Source: an uncultured bacterium
Lineage (GTDB): Bacteria > Hydrogenedentota > Hydrogenedentia > Hydrogenedentales > JAEUWI01
Direction: 5' to 3'
NCBI GenBank assembly: GCA_963977445.1
Contig: CAXBPH010000017.1
Coordinates: forward strand, 1-43,225
Length of the DNA stretch: 43,225 nucleotides
Position numbers and translations under genes: made by a program. Positions 28,301 through 37,427 of the stretch are shown one piece after another. Numbering within the stretch: the stretch's first letter is position 1; the number at the start of each line of letters is the position of its first letter. Under the pieces are notes generated by a model. The model saw only the letters and a program-made list of their open reading frames with translations, was not told where the DNA came from and ran no database searches.

Positions 28301-30055
28301 CCTACGATGGTATCGGGGCAGTCGCTGCCAAACAGCATGATATTGCTCTATGGCGATGACGAAGACGAAGCCGAATTCCCGTTGCTTTCGACATTCGCCG
28401 ATTCAGACGGAATCTGGCGGGTAGCGTTTTCCAAGGGTTCTCCCCCGTCGTTTTTAAATTACACCGCATTGCAGTTGGACGGAGAATTGGGTAACACATC
28501 AGCACTAAGTGCGGCTGTGCCGGTCGGTTCCGTCGGTGGTGAGGGTGAAGGTGAGGGCGAAGGGGAATGCACGGATACGGAAACCGATTCGGATGGGGAT
28601 GGTGCTTCCGATTGTGAAGAGATGGCGTCGGGCACGGATCCCAACAAACCCGATAGCGATAACGATGGGATGGCCGATGGTTTTGAAATCCGCTTTGGTT
28701 TGAACCCACTCTCTCCCATGGAAAGTCCAGACACCTTCCTCGATTTGGATGGCGACGGCCTGAGCAACCTGGAAGAATTCTTCGGAAATACCAATCCCGC
28801 TGATCCTGCCGATCCGGGCATGGCGTTGTATGTAAATCAGGAAACGGGTATGGACCTGTCGACCAATGGCGGCGTGGACAATCCCATTCGTACGCTCGAC
28901 TTCGCGCTGGACCTTGCTGCGGCGGCCGAAGGTGGCGTGAAACGCATCCTGCTTGCGGCGGGCACCTACATGGGCAATGTGGCCCTGGTCGCCAATGTAA
29001 CCGTCATCGGACCTGCCTTCAACGGCGAAAAGGGACCGGTAGCAACGGCCGTGATTGTCGGCTCCGTGATGGGTGCTGACAATGCCACCTTGTCTGATGT
29101 GGACATAGTGACCTCGGCGAACGTGGGCACCTTGTTGAACCTCAGCAGTAGTGGCATGGTTGCCCGACGGGTGCGATTCTTCGGCGATTCGAATAATCGT
29201 GGTGCCACCGGCATCCTCGCGCAGGGTAGCTCGGCGGCTTCGGGGGTGGTCGACAGTTGTGACTTCGTCGATCTTGGTATCGGCATCGATATCACCGGTG
29301 GCGTTCCGACCATTCGCAAATCGATTTTTATCGATCCATCGGTGGCGGGTATCTACGTCCGTTCGACCGCCACGGTAGATGGAACGAGTGGCCTGAGCGC
29401 CTCTACCGATGCAACGAGCGGGTTCAATACCTTCACGTTTACGGCAGAGGGCGGGATAGCAGCAGAAGACCGTGCGGCCGTCGTAAACGAGACGGGCGAT
29501 GCATTGCGGATGGAAAATAACGACTGGGGCACCGACGACGATGGGGAAGTCGATGCCCTCATCTCGGGCGCGGCTGATTTCCTGCCTAAGCTGGTCAAGG
29601 GATCAGCCATCCTCGCTTCGAGTCTGTTTTGCACGCTCTTTGATGATGGCGATCAGAAACGTCTGACCACCGCTTCCGTAACGCTCCAGGGCAGCGGATT
29701 TGGTCCAATGTCGGACAATGAGTTGGGCGTCTATGCCTTCCCGGCGGTATTGGCGGGCGGCTACGATGTGCTTTGTGAGTCCAACGGCTATTCCAACGCG
29801 AATGTTGGTGTAGACGTAGGCGCAGGTCAGATTAAATCCGTGGTCGTGCCCATGGGTCAGCAGCTTGGCGGTGAAGGGGAAGGCGAGGGCGAAGGTGAGG
29901 GTGAAGGAGAAGGCGAAGGACCCAAAGAGCCTGGCATGGTTTGCGCACCGACGTCGCCAACGGGCTCCAGTCTCTGGAGTGATCTTCTTCTCATGGCGGG
30001 TGTGCTGTCGCTACTCGTGATGGTGGGACGACGTTCTGCGCGGATGTCTTCGTAA
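25379..30055 (+). CDS. Giant secreted/surface protein, paralog of the upstream gene: CSLREA-like x2, beta-helices, 2 EF-hands, GE linkers, DxDxDG repeats, DUF1565-like, C-terminal TM anchor
   Basis: Signal peptide (..MDSHG-A); ISLREAITASN; NVISRN/GNFIGT repeats; DADGDGQLDPSE and DLDSNGLVTYYE; alternative GTG start at 25343. Confidence 0.9.
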   Translation: MKLILRNTHVAMVLLVCFFTAMDSHGAQKGITIIEVTTTADVVDGDVSSIAALQGTPGNDGSISLREAITASNNTVGEETITFSTLGEYLVETALPEMGLSSGGTTIDGGGRLILVNGTGDPAVDGFLITTGSNTISGVTIRGFQAAIRLSGPDAIGNLITGSILGNLDVKKDTKGAVNLFNQYGVAIDTGASFNVVGGQLTEERNVISRNLVAGILVAGMCDGNTIRGNFIGTNVAGDAAIPNVVGVLVDGASNTVVGSNTGAGGNLLSGNSSAGIEIKGNATGTKIEGNTIGLALNATASLPNGQGIYIDGTGGANGTTIGSTVFFGRNVIAGNLNEGIVLLATSGNSIFNNYIGLDFNFGNETPNGASGIVILGGASNNLIGNGNFSGRNTIAYNGGDGIRIDGGATLANAIQSNSLFDNVGLGIRLDNGANGGIAPPSIDKLLSGQAITGQTVPNGSVEIFTGTDEEGETLFERVVADPNGGFTTIRTLFNSDTEMLTATVTDTSLNTSAFSAPLFTPIFFTGDPQQLFVLILDGDADGDGQLDPSEFLRATGRDMATFNSADLDSNGLVTYYELLELSLRENDVSTVTVDTLSDVVDAPSTSSTGTLINAPGNDGKISLREALEAIQMASNVKIDVAVTGTILLDSALPPIAAPGNRIYIRGNGGVVIDGTNLSNGESGFTIMATNIMIEGFQLINFPGSGVLLSGLDAQECEIFSSQIGTDGSSAKGNDGAGIKIEDGAQSNVVGGPFGDLKNIISGNAIGIHIDGSTSNGNVIYNNLIGVAGSGMTAIPNTSDGIKISGGSSGNLLLGVQSDGLGLLISGNGNGTGDGGVSIGGNSTNTILLGCAIGLNANGEPNLGNNPHGIRLFDGASRTIVGIFGTEPPIAIGNSDVKGVYSTLKNSKGQFNPAGLYQLNTIGGNVGDGVQIDGALTVGNRLLGNSIAHNGGNAVRLLNGANGGISPPVITEVTPTMVSGQSLPNSMILLYGDDEDEAEFPLLSTFADSDGIWRVAFSKGSPPSFLNYTALQLDGELGNTSALSAAVPVGSVGGEGEGEGEGECTDTETDSDGDGASDCEEMASGTDPNKPDSDNDGMADGFEIRFGLNPLSPMESPDTFLDLDGDGLSNLEEFFGNTNPADPADPGMALYVNQETGMDLSTNGGVDNPIRTLDFALDLAAAAEGGVKRILLAAGTYMGNVALVANVTVIGPAFNGEKGPVATAVIVGSVMGADNATLSDVDIVTSANVGTLLNLSSSGMVARRVRFFGDSNNRGATGILAQGSSAASGVVDSCDFVDLGIGIDITGGVPTIRKSIFIDPSVAGIYVRSTATVDGTSGLSASTDATSGFNTFTFTAEGGIAAEDRAAVVNETGDALRMENNDWGTDDDGEVDALISGAADFLPKLVKGSAILASSLFCTLFDDGDQKRLTTASVTLQGSGFGPMSDNELGVYAFPAVLAGGYDVLCESNGYSNANVGVDVGAGQIKSVVVPMGQQLGGEGEGEGEGEGEGEGEGPKEPGMVCAPTSPTGSSLWSDLLLMAGVLSLLVMVGRRSARMSS

Positions 30056-30085
30056 TCTGAGCGTCCACTAGTTTATGGTAAGCAG

Positions 30086-30120
30086 GCTGTAGCCGCCTTT
30101 CGGTGGCTACAGCTTTTTTT
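30086..30120 (+). terminator. Rho-independent terminator overlapping the end of the convergent MFS gene
   Basis: GCTGTAGCCGCC-tttc-GGTGGCTACAGC followed by T7. Confidence 0.8.
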
Positions 30121-31294
30121 GTTTTGAAGGGGCCGTGACGGCGAGTCCCACGAAGGCGACCAACGCTACCCAACCTGCAATCTGGAGAACGGCGCGTACG
30201 TCATTGTGAGCCTCCCCCACGGTAGCCAGGGACCACAAGGTGAGAGAGAAGGCGAGTCTCCCTGCGAGGCTCTCGAGAGAGAGGTAGGTAGCGCGATGAT
30301 CTTCACCAATGAGGGGGTTGACGGCCGCGTTGCGGGGGGCGGTCATGATGGCACGGGGGCAACTCCGCAACAGGATAAGCACCGCGACCACTGGATGCAC
30401 AAATAAAGCCATGGCTGCGATGATGAGCGCCTGGAGGGCCGTGCCGAAGAGCAGGGTCGGCACCAAACCCCACCGATCGCGGAGGGCGATGCTTTTTCCG
30501 GCGACTTGGGCAGCCAGGAGCATGGTGATAAGGGTAACAACGCCCGAAACGAGGGGCGTGGTGCCGACATGCTCTTGCAGGAGTTCATCGAGGTAGGGCT
30601 GGTAGAATTCGTAGGGGATATGGTTCAAAACGATCATGATTACACCGTAGGCGGCAAGCCACCGCAAGGGAGGCTGGCGGAGCTCCCCGAGCGCCCGCCC
30701 GATTCGTCTCAAAAAGGCGGTGGCATTCATGACGCCTTCACCCGTTCGTATGTGGGGCTCCACGAGGCGCATGGCGGCGGCCAGGGCGACCAGGGCACCC
30801 AACAGGGAGAGGCCATAGGCATAGCGGAGACTTATGGTGGCCACGAGACCACCGGCCAGCGCGGCCCCTCCACTTCCCAGGAAGGTGAGTCGGGCTACAC
30901 GCGCTTCCCGTTGGTCATATTCTTCGATTCGACCCAACCGCGTGAGGGAGTCAAAGTGCAGGGCCGTATTGGTCCCGGAATTGAAGGCCATCCCGATAGC
31001 AAGACAGGCCTGCCCGATTGCAAAATAGACAAAGGCGTTACCAAAGAAGAAGAAGGCATGGGCTACCGCAATACTGGTGGCAGCGATGATGAGGGTAATG
31101 CGCCGACCGATGGCGTCGGAGAAATATCCCGACGGGACCTCACTCAAGACCACGACAAAATAATAGAGGGCCTCCAGGCGCAAGACCTGGGCCATGCTAA
31201 GCTGGGATTGGAAATACAGGAAGAATACCGGCAACCAGAAGTGGGCGGCAAAGGCCGTGGCGTAGACGGGGTAGAGTCTGAGGTTGCGTTCCAT
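30107..31294 (-). CDS. MFS transporter
   Basis: About 12 TM segments, EVPSGYFSDAIGRR (motif A), HRATYLS; start placed at ATG 31294 although the ORF is open to 31396. Confidence 0.9.
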   Translation of the reverse strand: MERNLRLYPVYATAFAAHFWLPVFFLYFQSQLSMAQVLRLEALYYFVVVLSEVPSGYFSDAIGRRITLIIAATSIAVAHAFFFFGNAFVYFAIGQACLAIGMAFNSGTNTALHFDSLTRLGRIEEYDQREARVARLTFLGSGGAALAGGLVATISLRYAYGLSLLGALVALAAAMRLVEPHIRTGEGVMNATAFLRRIGRALGELRQPPLRWLAAYGVIMIVLNHIPYEFYQPYLDELLQEHVGTTPLVSGVVTLITMLLAAQVAGKSIALRDRWGLVPTLLFGTALQALIIAAMALFVHPVVAVLILLRSCPRAIMTAPRNAAVNPLIGEDHRATYLSLESLAGRLAFSLTLWSLATVGEAHNDVRAVLQIAGWVALVAFVGLAVTAPSKQKKL

Positions 31295-31469
31295 AATGCG
31301 ATGTAGTGCACCTTCCTTGTTGGTCTTCAGGGTCACGATAGCACAGTTTTCTACCGGGTAAAAATACGTCCCCATCCAGGATTGGACTTGGTCCACGAAG
31401 CGCAGTTATGCTTAGAGGCCGCCAGAGGCGGTTAAATTTTCAGCGACATACCAATCGGGAGCAACGACA

Positions 31470-32231
31470 ATGCGAACAGCAAATCCAGCACTGAATGACA
31501 ACACGTTCCGCGAGGTGCGCGGCGCCGACTACAGTGGCCAGAGTATGACCCTGGAGGGTACGGTAAATAAGACCGGTATCTTGCTCATGTTGATCGTTGC
31601 CAGTGCGGCGTTTACCTGGCAGCAGTATATGGCCGGTTCAGCAATGGTCAACTATTGGATGATCGGTGGCCTCATTGGTGGCCTGGTTATGGCGCTGATA
31701 ACCTCCTTCAACCCGAAGGGGGCCATGTATACCGCACCCATTTATGCCCTGCTGGAAGGGCTGTTTCTGGGTGGCTTTTCTGCCTTTGCGCAGTCCCAGG
31801 TGGAACTCAGGACGGGCGTGTCGTCGCCCATCGTGATACAGGCCGTAGGACTCACCTTTGGCGTTTTATTGTCGTTGCTGTTTATCTATCGACTGGGGAT
31901 TATCAAGGCGACGGAGAATTTTAAGCTCGGTGTAGCCGCAGCTACCGGTGGTATCTTCGTGCTCTATATGGTTTCGATGGTGATGGGGTTTTTCGGGGTC
32001 AGCATTCCGTTTATTCACGGTGGTGGCATGATTGGTATCGGATTCAGTCTATTCGTCGTGGTAATCGCGTCGCTTAATCTGGTGCTTGATTTCGATTTCA
32101 TCGAGAACGGTGCGGAATCGGGTGCGCCAAAGTATATGGAATGGTACGCCGCCTTTGGTCTGGTGGTGACCTTGGTATGGCTCTACATTGAGATTCTGCG
32201 TTTGTTGATGAAGCTGAACAGCCGCAACTGA
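31470..32231 (+). CDS. Bax inhibitor-1/YccA family membrane protein
   Basis: MTLEGTVNKT, YALLEGLFLG, NLVLDFDFIE, GAPKYMEWYAAFGLVVTLVWLYIEILRLL. Confidence 0.93.
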   Translation: MRTANPALNDNTFREVRGADYSGQSMTLEGTVNKTGILLMLIVASAAFTWQQYMAGSAMVNYWMIGGLIGGLVMALITSFNPKGAMYTAPIYALLEGLFLGGFSAFAQSQVELRTGVSSPIVIQAVGLTFGVLLSLLFIYRLGIIKATENFKLGVAAATGGIFVLYMVSMVMGFFGVSIPFIHGGGMIGIGFSLFVVVIASLNLVLDFDFIENGAESGAPKYMEWYAAFGLVVTLVWLYIEILRLLMKLNSRN

Positions 32232-32254
32232 ATCCCCGTTTCGACGTAATTGCT

Positions 32255-32297
32255 TTCGGCGAAAGGCCCGGTTTGCGGCCTTTCGCCGAATTTTTTT
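32255..32297 (+). terminator. Rho-independent terminator
   Basis: TTCGGCGAAAGGCC/GGCCTTTCGCCGAA perfect 14-bp stem followed by T7. Confidence 0.9.
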
Positions 32298-32470
32298 CAG
32301 GCGTCGATTGCGGGTTCTTTCGACGCCATGCTACACTGCCGAGGCAGGGTAAAAATCAGGAATCCGTCCATAGTATCGGTGATCGAAATGCTTCGACTGT
32401 TGGCGACATTCCCTGATCGGGTTGTGTGCCCCCCCTTTCATAGTTTGTATGCATATTCGGAGAAATCGAC

Positions 32471-33481
32471 ATGGCACCAGAGATGCTCTTTGTCATCGGG
32501 GCACCTCGATCCGGCACCACCATGCTGGAGCACATGTTAAGTGCCCATGACGCGATTGAAGGGGGGCCGGAGCCCCATCTGTTGACGCCCCTGGCCCATC
32601 TGGGTGTATGGGACATGGTGGACAAAGCGCCCTACGACCATGTCCTTGCTGCTGAATCACAGAAGCTCTTTGTGTCGAAACTTCCCAATGGCAAAGCGGA
32701 TTATTGGGCGGCCTGCCGCGCCTACTGCGATGTGCTCTATGGGGCGTTTATGACGGGACGGTCGGGGCGCCTCTGTCTCGACAAGACGCCCGCCTACGCG
32801 TTGGTCCTGCCGTTTATGATGCGGGTGTTTCCTGACGCCCGTTACGTGGTACTTACCCGCCATCCACTGGCGATGTTTTCCTCCTTCGCCAATTCTTTTT
32901 TTGATGGCGATTACGAAGCGGCCCATCGCTACAACCCCGTGCTGGAGCGTTACATCCCCGCAATGGCGACTTTTCTGCGGCAGACCGATGTGCCCTTCAT
33001 TCACGTGCGCTATGAGGACCTGGTGGCGTCGCCCGAATTGGAATTTGAGAAGATTTGCACCTTCATCGGTGTTTCCAACGATGGGGACGCGGTGAATTAT
33101 GGCGAAAAATCGGGTGGGGCCGTAGCGGAAGGCCTCGGTGATCCGCTGGGAGTCCAGCAGCATACCCGTCCGTCTACCGCATCTCTCGATAAGTGGGTCG
33201 GTGAGCTTGCCCACGATGAAGGGAAGCGTTCGTTGATGGAATCCATGATTGCGAAACTCGATCCCGCTGATCTCGCGGTGTTGGGCTATCCGACGGAACA
33301 GCTCTGGGATGGGTTGGCCGCGGGCGCTTCACTCAATCCTCCCCGCCGCCCCCGACTCAGTCGCTATCGACTACAACGTCGGGCGATCCTGGTGTTGCGT
33401 GGGCGAGCCCAACGCCACCCCGGTTTTCGGGCATTGCTGAAGAAAATTCGCCTCGCGTGCGATGTGTTGACGCGCGAGTAG
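32471..33481 (+). CDS. PAPS-dependent sulfotransferase family protein
   Basis: 5'-PSB GAPRSGTTML, DKTP, 3'-PB RHPLAMFSS, VRYEDLV. Confidence 0.9.
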   Translation: MAPEMLFVIGAPRSGTTMLEHMLSAHDAIEGGPEPHLLTPLAHLGVWDMVDKAPYDHVLAAESQKLFVSKLPNGKADYWAACRAYCDVLYGAFMTGRSGRLCLDKTPAYALVLPFMMRVFPDARYVVLTRHPLAMFSSFANSFFDGDYEAAHRYNPVLERYIPAMATFLRQTDVPFIHVRYEDLVASPELEFEKICTFIGVSNDGDAVNYGEKSGGAVAEGLGDPLGVQQHTRPSTASLDKWVGELAHDEGKRSLMESMIAKLDPADLAVLGYPTEQLWDGLAAGASLNPPRRPRLSRYRLQRRAILVLRGRAQRHPGFRALLKKIRLACDVLTRE

Positions 33482-33590
33482 GCGGGGGGTCGGTTTATTG
33501 CCGGCGCTTCGCAGCGAGCGTGGTGCAGAAGATTAGTGAAACGGATCAGAGACCGTTCGAAACGACATAGATGCAGGAGCAAGGGTAATC

Positions 33591-33947
33591 ATGGAATTAA
33601 CGTGGCAGTCGGTAAAAGCGATCATCAAAGAAGTTCTGGAAGAGGAAATGGGCGCGGGGCGTCACGAGATCGCGTCGAAATACAGCGGTGGTACATTGTT
33701 ACTCCAGCCGGCCGATTCGGATATGCAGGCGAAAGAGATTCCCATCGATGTCTTCTTCAAAAAGATTACCTCCGTGCGTGAAAAGCTCCGTGTGCTGGAG
33801 CAGAAGATCAACAATCACAAAAATCTTTCGGAGGTGGAAAAGGCGGACTTGCAGCGTTTCATTACGAAGAGTTACGGCAGTCTAACCACCTTCAATGTCC
33901 TGTTTAAGCATGACGACGAACGCTTCGTTGGCTCAAAAGAGGTTTGA
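33591..33947 (+). CDS. Conserved hypothetical protein
   Basis: Clean ORF with RBS; KEIPIDVFFKKI..LRVLEQKIN..YGSLTTFNVLF resembles an uncharacterised family I recall from other phyla. Confidence 0.8.
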   Translation: MELTWQSVKAIIKEVLEEEMGAGRHEIASKYSGGTLLLQPADSDMQAKEIPIDVFFKKITSVREKLRVLEQKINNHKNLSEVEKADLQRFITKSYGSLTTFNVLFKHDDERFVGSKEV

Positions 33948-34093
33948 GCGCTGGCCCGGCCCGTGCAGCAGTCCGACGTTCCTGGTGTTACTGAAGACAC
34001 CGACCTCATTAGGATTGACAGGTCAGGCTGGATTGGTGATCATGACGAAAGAGCCGACCCATGGTGTGTTCATACGGCCAATAGCCACCGACG

Positions 34094-36292
34094 GTGTCGA
34101 GGAGTCCCATGCAGGTTTGTCCGACGTACATAGCCATTCCCATCTCCCGGCGATGGGGGAGGTTGCACACCTGGCGATTGCTGGGGCTCGCGATGTGGGT
34201 CTGGAGTGTGGGCACGATTGCCTCGGGGGCGCCGTCGGAGGGTCGATTTCCCTGGCTGACGTTTGAGCCCGAGACGTCCGTGGCAAGTCTTGGCGTGGTC
34301 TACGATGTCTGGGTGTCCACCCTGTTGCTGTTCCTCGTCCTGCTTTGCTGGGATCTCTATCGTTGGCGGGGTATATTTCGCAGGGAGCGCACTGCTGCCA
34401 TGGGTGCCAATCCCATGGAGGATGAATACCAAAGGTCACTGTTTGAGAAGCTGCCCGTGGGTCTGGCGTTGTGTCGACTAAACGGGGAACTGGTCTACGT
34501 CAACGAGGCATTTTCCAAACTGCTCGGGCGGACGACCCGCGAGGTCTTGCAGCTGACCTATTGGGACATTACCCCTGAGTCCTATGCCGCATCCGAGGCG
34601 GCCTTACTGCAAGAAACCCGCGAATCAGGTCGCTACAGGCCCTACGAGAAAGAGTACATTCACAAAGACGGCCATCTCGTTCCGGTGCGCCTTCAAGGGG
34701 TTCTGGTGGAGCACGAGGGTGAAACGCTCATCTGGTCCAGTGTGGAGGACATTAGTGAAGCCCGTGCCGCAGAGGCCTCGTTGCGTCATCGGGAAGAGCA
34801 ATACCGAACGGTCTTTGAGACCGCGCCGGTGGGGTTGATCATTTTCGAGCTGGAAGGCAAGACCGTCGCTGCCAATCCGGCAGCCTGTTCTATGCACGGC
34901 TACCCGCTGGAAGAATTCCTGCTCCTTGAGCCCACAAAATTTATCGATCCGTCATTCCATCCGAAATTCGCCCAGTTTATGGAAGCGGTGGATAATGGTG
35001 AAGAGATTCGTCTCACCGCGCAGGACGTAAAGAAAGATGGGACTGCCTTTGATGTGGAAGTCATTGGGGCTCCTATTCAATACAAAGGGGTTCGCCATTG
35101 CCTGGGCATTGTTCAGGATGTGACCGCCCTTCGTGAGTCGCTGCAGGCGGCGGCAGATATTGTGGCGGCCATTCCCTCCGGCCTTGCTATCTACCAGGTA
35201 ACTCCGTCGGGCGGTCTTATACGGCAGGACGCAAACCCCAAGGCCAGTCGTCTCATGGGCGGGGCCGCACCTCACCCGGAGGGTGCCGACGCTGCGCTGG
35301 CGTGGGTCGATGATTCGGGGGTGACCCTTCGCAGCGTACTCCTCGCGGTCCACCGTTGTGGTGATACGTGTCAACACAATTTTTCGACGTCGGATGGAGA
35401 TATCCTGCTATCGGCGCTCCGCGTCTATGCCTTTCCCATGCCCGGTGAACGGGTCGGCGTAGCGTTGGAAGATATTCTGGAGCGGAAGAACGGGGAGCGG
35501 GAATTGGAGCGCTACCGCCATCAGCTGGAAGAGCTGGTGCAGGATCGGACCAAGGCGCTGGAGGATGCCCAGCACGAAATAGTTCGAAACGAACGGTTGG
35601 CGGCGTTGGGTCAGTTGATTGGCACGGTGAGTCACGAGTTGAGAAATCCACTGGGGACCATCCGGGCATCCACGTTTGCGATCAGCAGTTTTCTGAAGAC
35701 GGAACAACTGGACCGTATACCGAACGTCATTGCCCGGGTGGAGCGCAGTGTCATTCGCTGTGACCGCATCATTGAAGAGTTGCTCGATTTCACCCGGGAC
35801 CCCGTGTTAGAGCGGCGTGAGGTGCACATTGACGACTGGCTTCGCGGTGTGGTGGCCGATATTGGTGTATCTCCTGAAATCGTCTGCCAGTGGGACCTTG
35901 ATGCCGCGTGCACCCTTAGCTTCGATACCGAGCAATTTCGCCGCGTCATGATTAATCTGGTCACCAATGCCACCCATGCGATGGAAGAAGAAGGGGCACC
36001 GGGCAATCGGCTCACGCTGGCTACCCGCGGTGTAGAGGGTGGCGTCAAAATCATGGTCAGCGATCAGGGGGTAGGAATGAGCCCGGACGTACTTGCGAAA
36101 GTGTTTGAACCCCTCTTCAGCACAAAGGGATTTGGTGTGGGCCTGGGCGTGCCCATTATTCGCGGTATAGTCGAAGCCCACGGTGGAAGAATACGCTACG
36201 AGAGTACAGTGCAGCAGGGAACGACGGCCATCGTCTGGCTTCCGGGGCCCGGTCAGGGGCCCACACAAGCGAAACTGCTTGCCGGGGCTTGA
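34094..36292 (+). CDS. PAS-domain sensor histidine kinase
   Basis: N-terminal TM segments, two clear PAS/PAC domains plus one degenerate, coiled coil, H-box SHELRNPL, N-box NLVTNA, DQGVG, FEPLFSTKG, GLG; start uncertain. Confidence 0.93.
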   Translation: MSRSPMQVCPTYIAIPISRRWGRLHTWRLLGLAMWVWSVGTIASGAPSEGRFPWLTFEPETSVASLGVVYDVWVSTLLLFLVLLCWDLYRWRGIFRRERTAAMGANPMEDEYQRSLFEKLPVGLALCRLNGELVYVNEAFSKLLGRTTREVLQLTYWDITPESYAASEAALLQETRESGRYRPYEKEYIHKDGHLVPVRLQGVLVEHEGETLIWSSVEDISEARAAEASLRHREEQYRTVFETAPVGLIIFELEGKTVAANPAACSMHGYPLEEFLLLEPTKFIDPSFHPKFAQFMEAVDNGEEIRLTAQDVKKDGTAFDVEVIGAPIQYKGVRHCLGIVQDVTALRESLQAAADIVAAIPSGLAIYQVTPSGGLIRQDANPKASRLMGGAAPHPEGADAALAWVDDSGVTLRSVLLAVHRCGDTCQHNFSTSDGDILLSALRVYAFPMPGERVGVALEDILERKNGERELERYRHQLEELVQDRTKALEDAQHEIVRNERLAALGQLIGTVSHELRNPLGTIRASTFAISSFLKTEQLDRIPNVIARVERSVIRCDRIIEELLDFTRDPVLERREVHIDDWLRGVVADIGVSPEIVCQWDLDAACTLSFDTEQFRRVMINLVTNATHAMEEEGAPGNRLTLATRGVEGGVKIMVSDQGVGMSPDVLAKVFEPLFSTKGFGVGLGVPIIRGIVEAHGGRIRYESTVQQGTTAIVWLPGPGQGPTQAKLLAGA

Positions 36293-36317
36293 CGGTACTT
36301 ACCGGTCGGTATATACT
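36289..36317 (+). promoter_or_regulatory. Near-consensus sigma70 promoter with a palindromic operator in the spacer
   Basis: TTGACG-17 bp-TATACT; TACCG-gt-CGGTA palindrome at 36300-36311. Confidence 0.65.
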
Positions 36318-36322
36318 GAATG

Positions 36323-36412
36323 GGTAATTCTTCCTTAACCTGCACTCCAGGTTCACACGTTTGAACGGGAGGCATTTGACGGGGGAGGCCACTTCCTTCC
36401 TCCCCCGTTATA
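36323..36412 (+). ncRNA. Candidate ~90-nt structured sRNA or leader
   Basis: Downstream of the promoter; hairpin AACCUG/CAGGUU; 12-bp stem 36377-36388/36399-36410 with a CCACUUCCUU loop. Confidence 0.4.
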
Positions 36413-36703
36413 TCACTCACCCTACTCCGGGTGTCCTGCGTTACGGCGGCCTACCCACCGGGGCGGATTGTAACGATTGTTCCTGCCAATCGTACTGTTT
36501 TATACCCCCTCATGTCTGGTTGTGCGACAGAACCCCATGGATGCGATGGCAGGCATCCCGAAGACAAGCCCCCGAGCGACGATGGGAGCCGGGTCAGAGA
36601 AATTGGGACGGTTACCCTCTGAATGGGCATAATAAGAGCCCCAAACTCCCCCCACGTCCTCCGGCGACCGGGGAGTCCAACGTTGTACAGGTGCGATTAA
36701 TTA

Positions 36704-37426
36704 ATGAGTAATGAAGCGCTGATTTCCAGTACGGAGAAGATAGCCCCGTCTGTAATTCCCATTCTTTCCGTTTTTCCCCATGCGCCACAAAAATTGATGA
36801 TCTGTGGCACGGGTTTTTTTATCCACGAGCGTGGCTGTCTGGCTACAGCGGCCCATGTGGCCCGTCTGGAGCATAAGTGGGCTCTTTACGACGGTACCCT
36901 GCTGGAATGCGATGTAATGGCGGAACAGCTGACCATCAATAAAGAAAAAGATGACCCACGGATGAAGCACGCTTGGGATATCGGGGTGCTTCAGGTGCAG
37001 GCACCGCAGAAGGCCTTTCACCCGCTGACCCTGTCCCCAAAACTCCACTTCCGTCGGGGCGAGCCCATTGCCCAGTATGGGTATTACGATCAGGGCGTGA
37101 AATACAAGGTGGGATCCATCACGGGCCTGAACGGGCTCCTGACGACGGGTATTGTGAGTGCGTCGACCAATATCCGCATTGGTCATATCGAAATGGGCAG
37201 TCGGCTCATCCTGGATATCAGTGCCGGTCCGGGGAGTAGCGGAAGTCCCGTCTTTGATCCTGAAAACGGCCACGTTCTGGGCATGATCGTGTCGGGAAAA
37301 GAAAAGCAGGTCCTGGGTCCGGGGCCGAGTCCCACCGAAATGACCATCGAGCATATTCCCCTGGGCATTGCCTATTCTGATCCCGTCATTCACCTGAAGA
37401 TGTGGCTCGAGCGTTTTCTTGCCTAG
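36704..37426 (+). CDS. Trypsin-like serine protease (S1, Trypsin_2-like), no signal peptide
   Basis: GTGFFI, His in TAAHV, Asp in WDIGVL, Ser in PGSSGSPVF. Confidence 0.88.
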   Translation: MSNEALISSTEKIAPSVIPILSVFPHAPQKLMICGTGFFIHERGCLATAAHVARLEHKWALYDGTLLECDVMAEQLTINKEKDDPRMKHAWDIGVLQVQAPQKAFHPLTLSPKLHFRRGEPIAQYGYYDQGVKYKVGSITGLNGLLTTGIVSASTNIRIGHIEMGSRLILDISAGPGSSGSPVFDPENGHVLGMIVSGKEKQVLGPGPSPTEMTIEHIPLGIAYSDPVIHLKMWLERFLA

Positions 37427-37427
37427 A

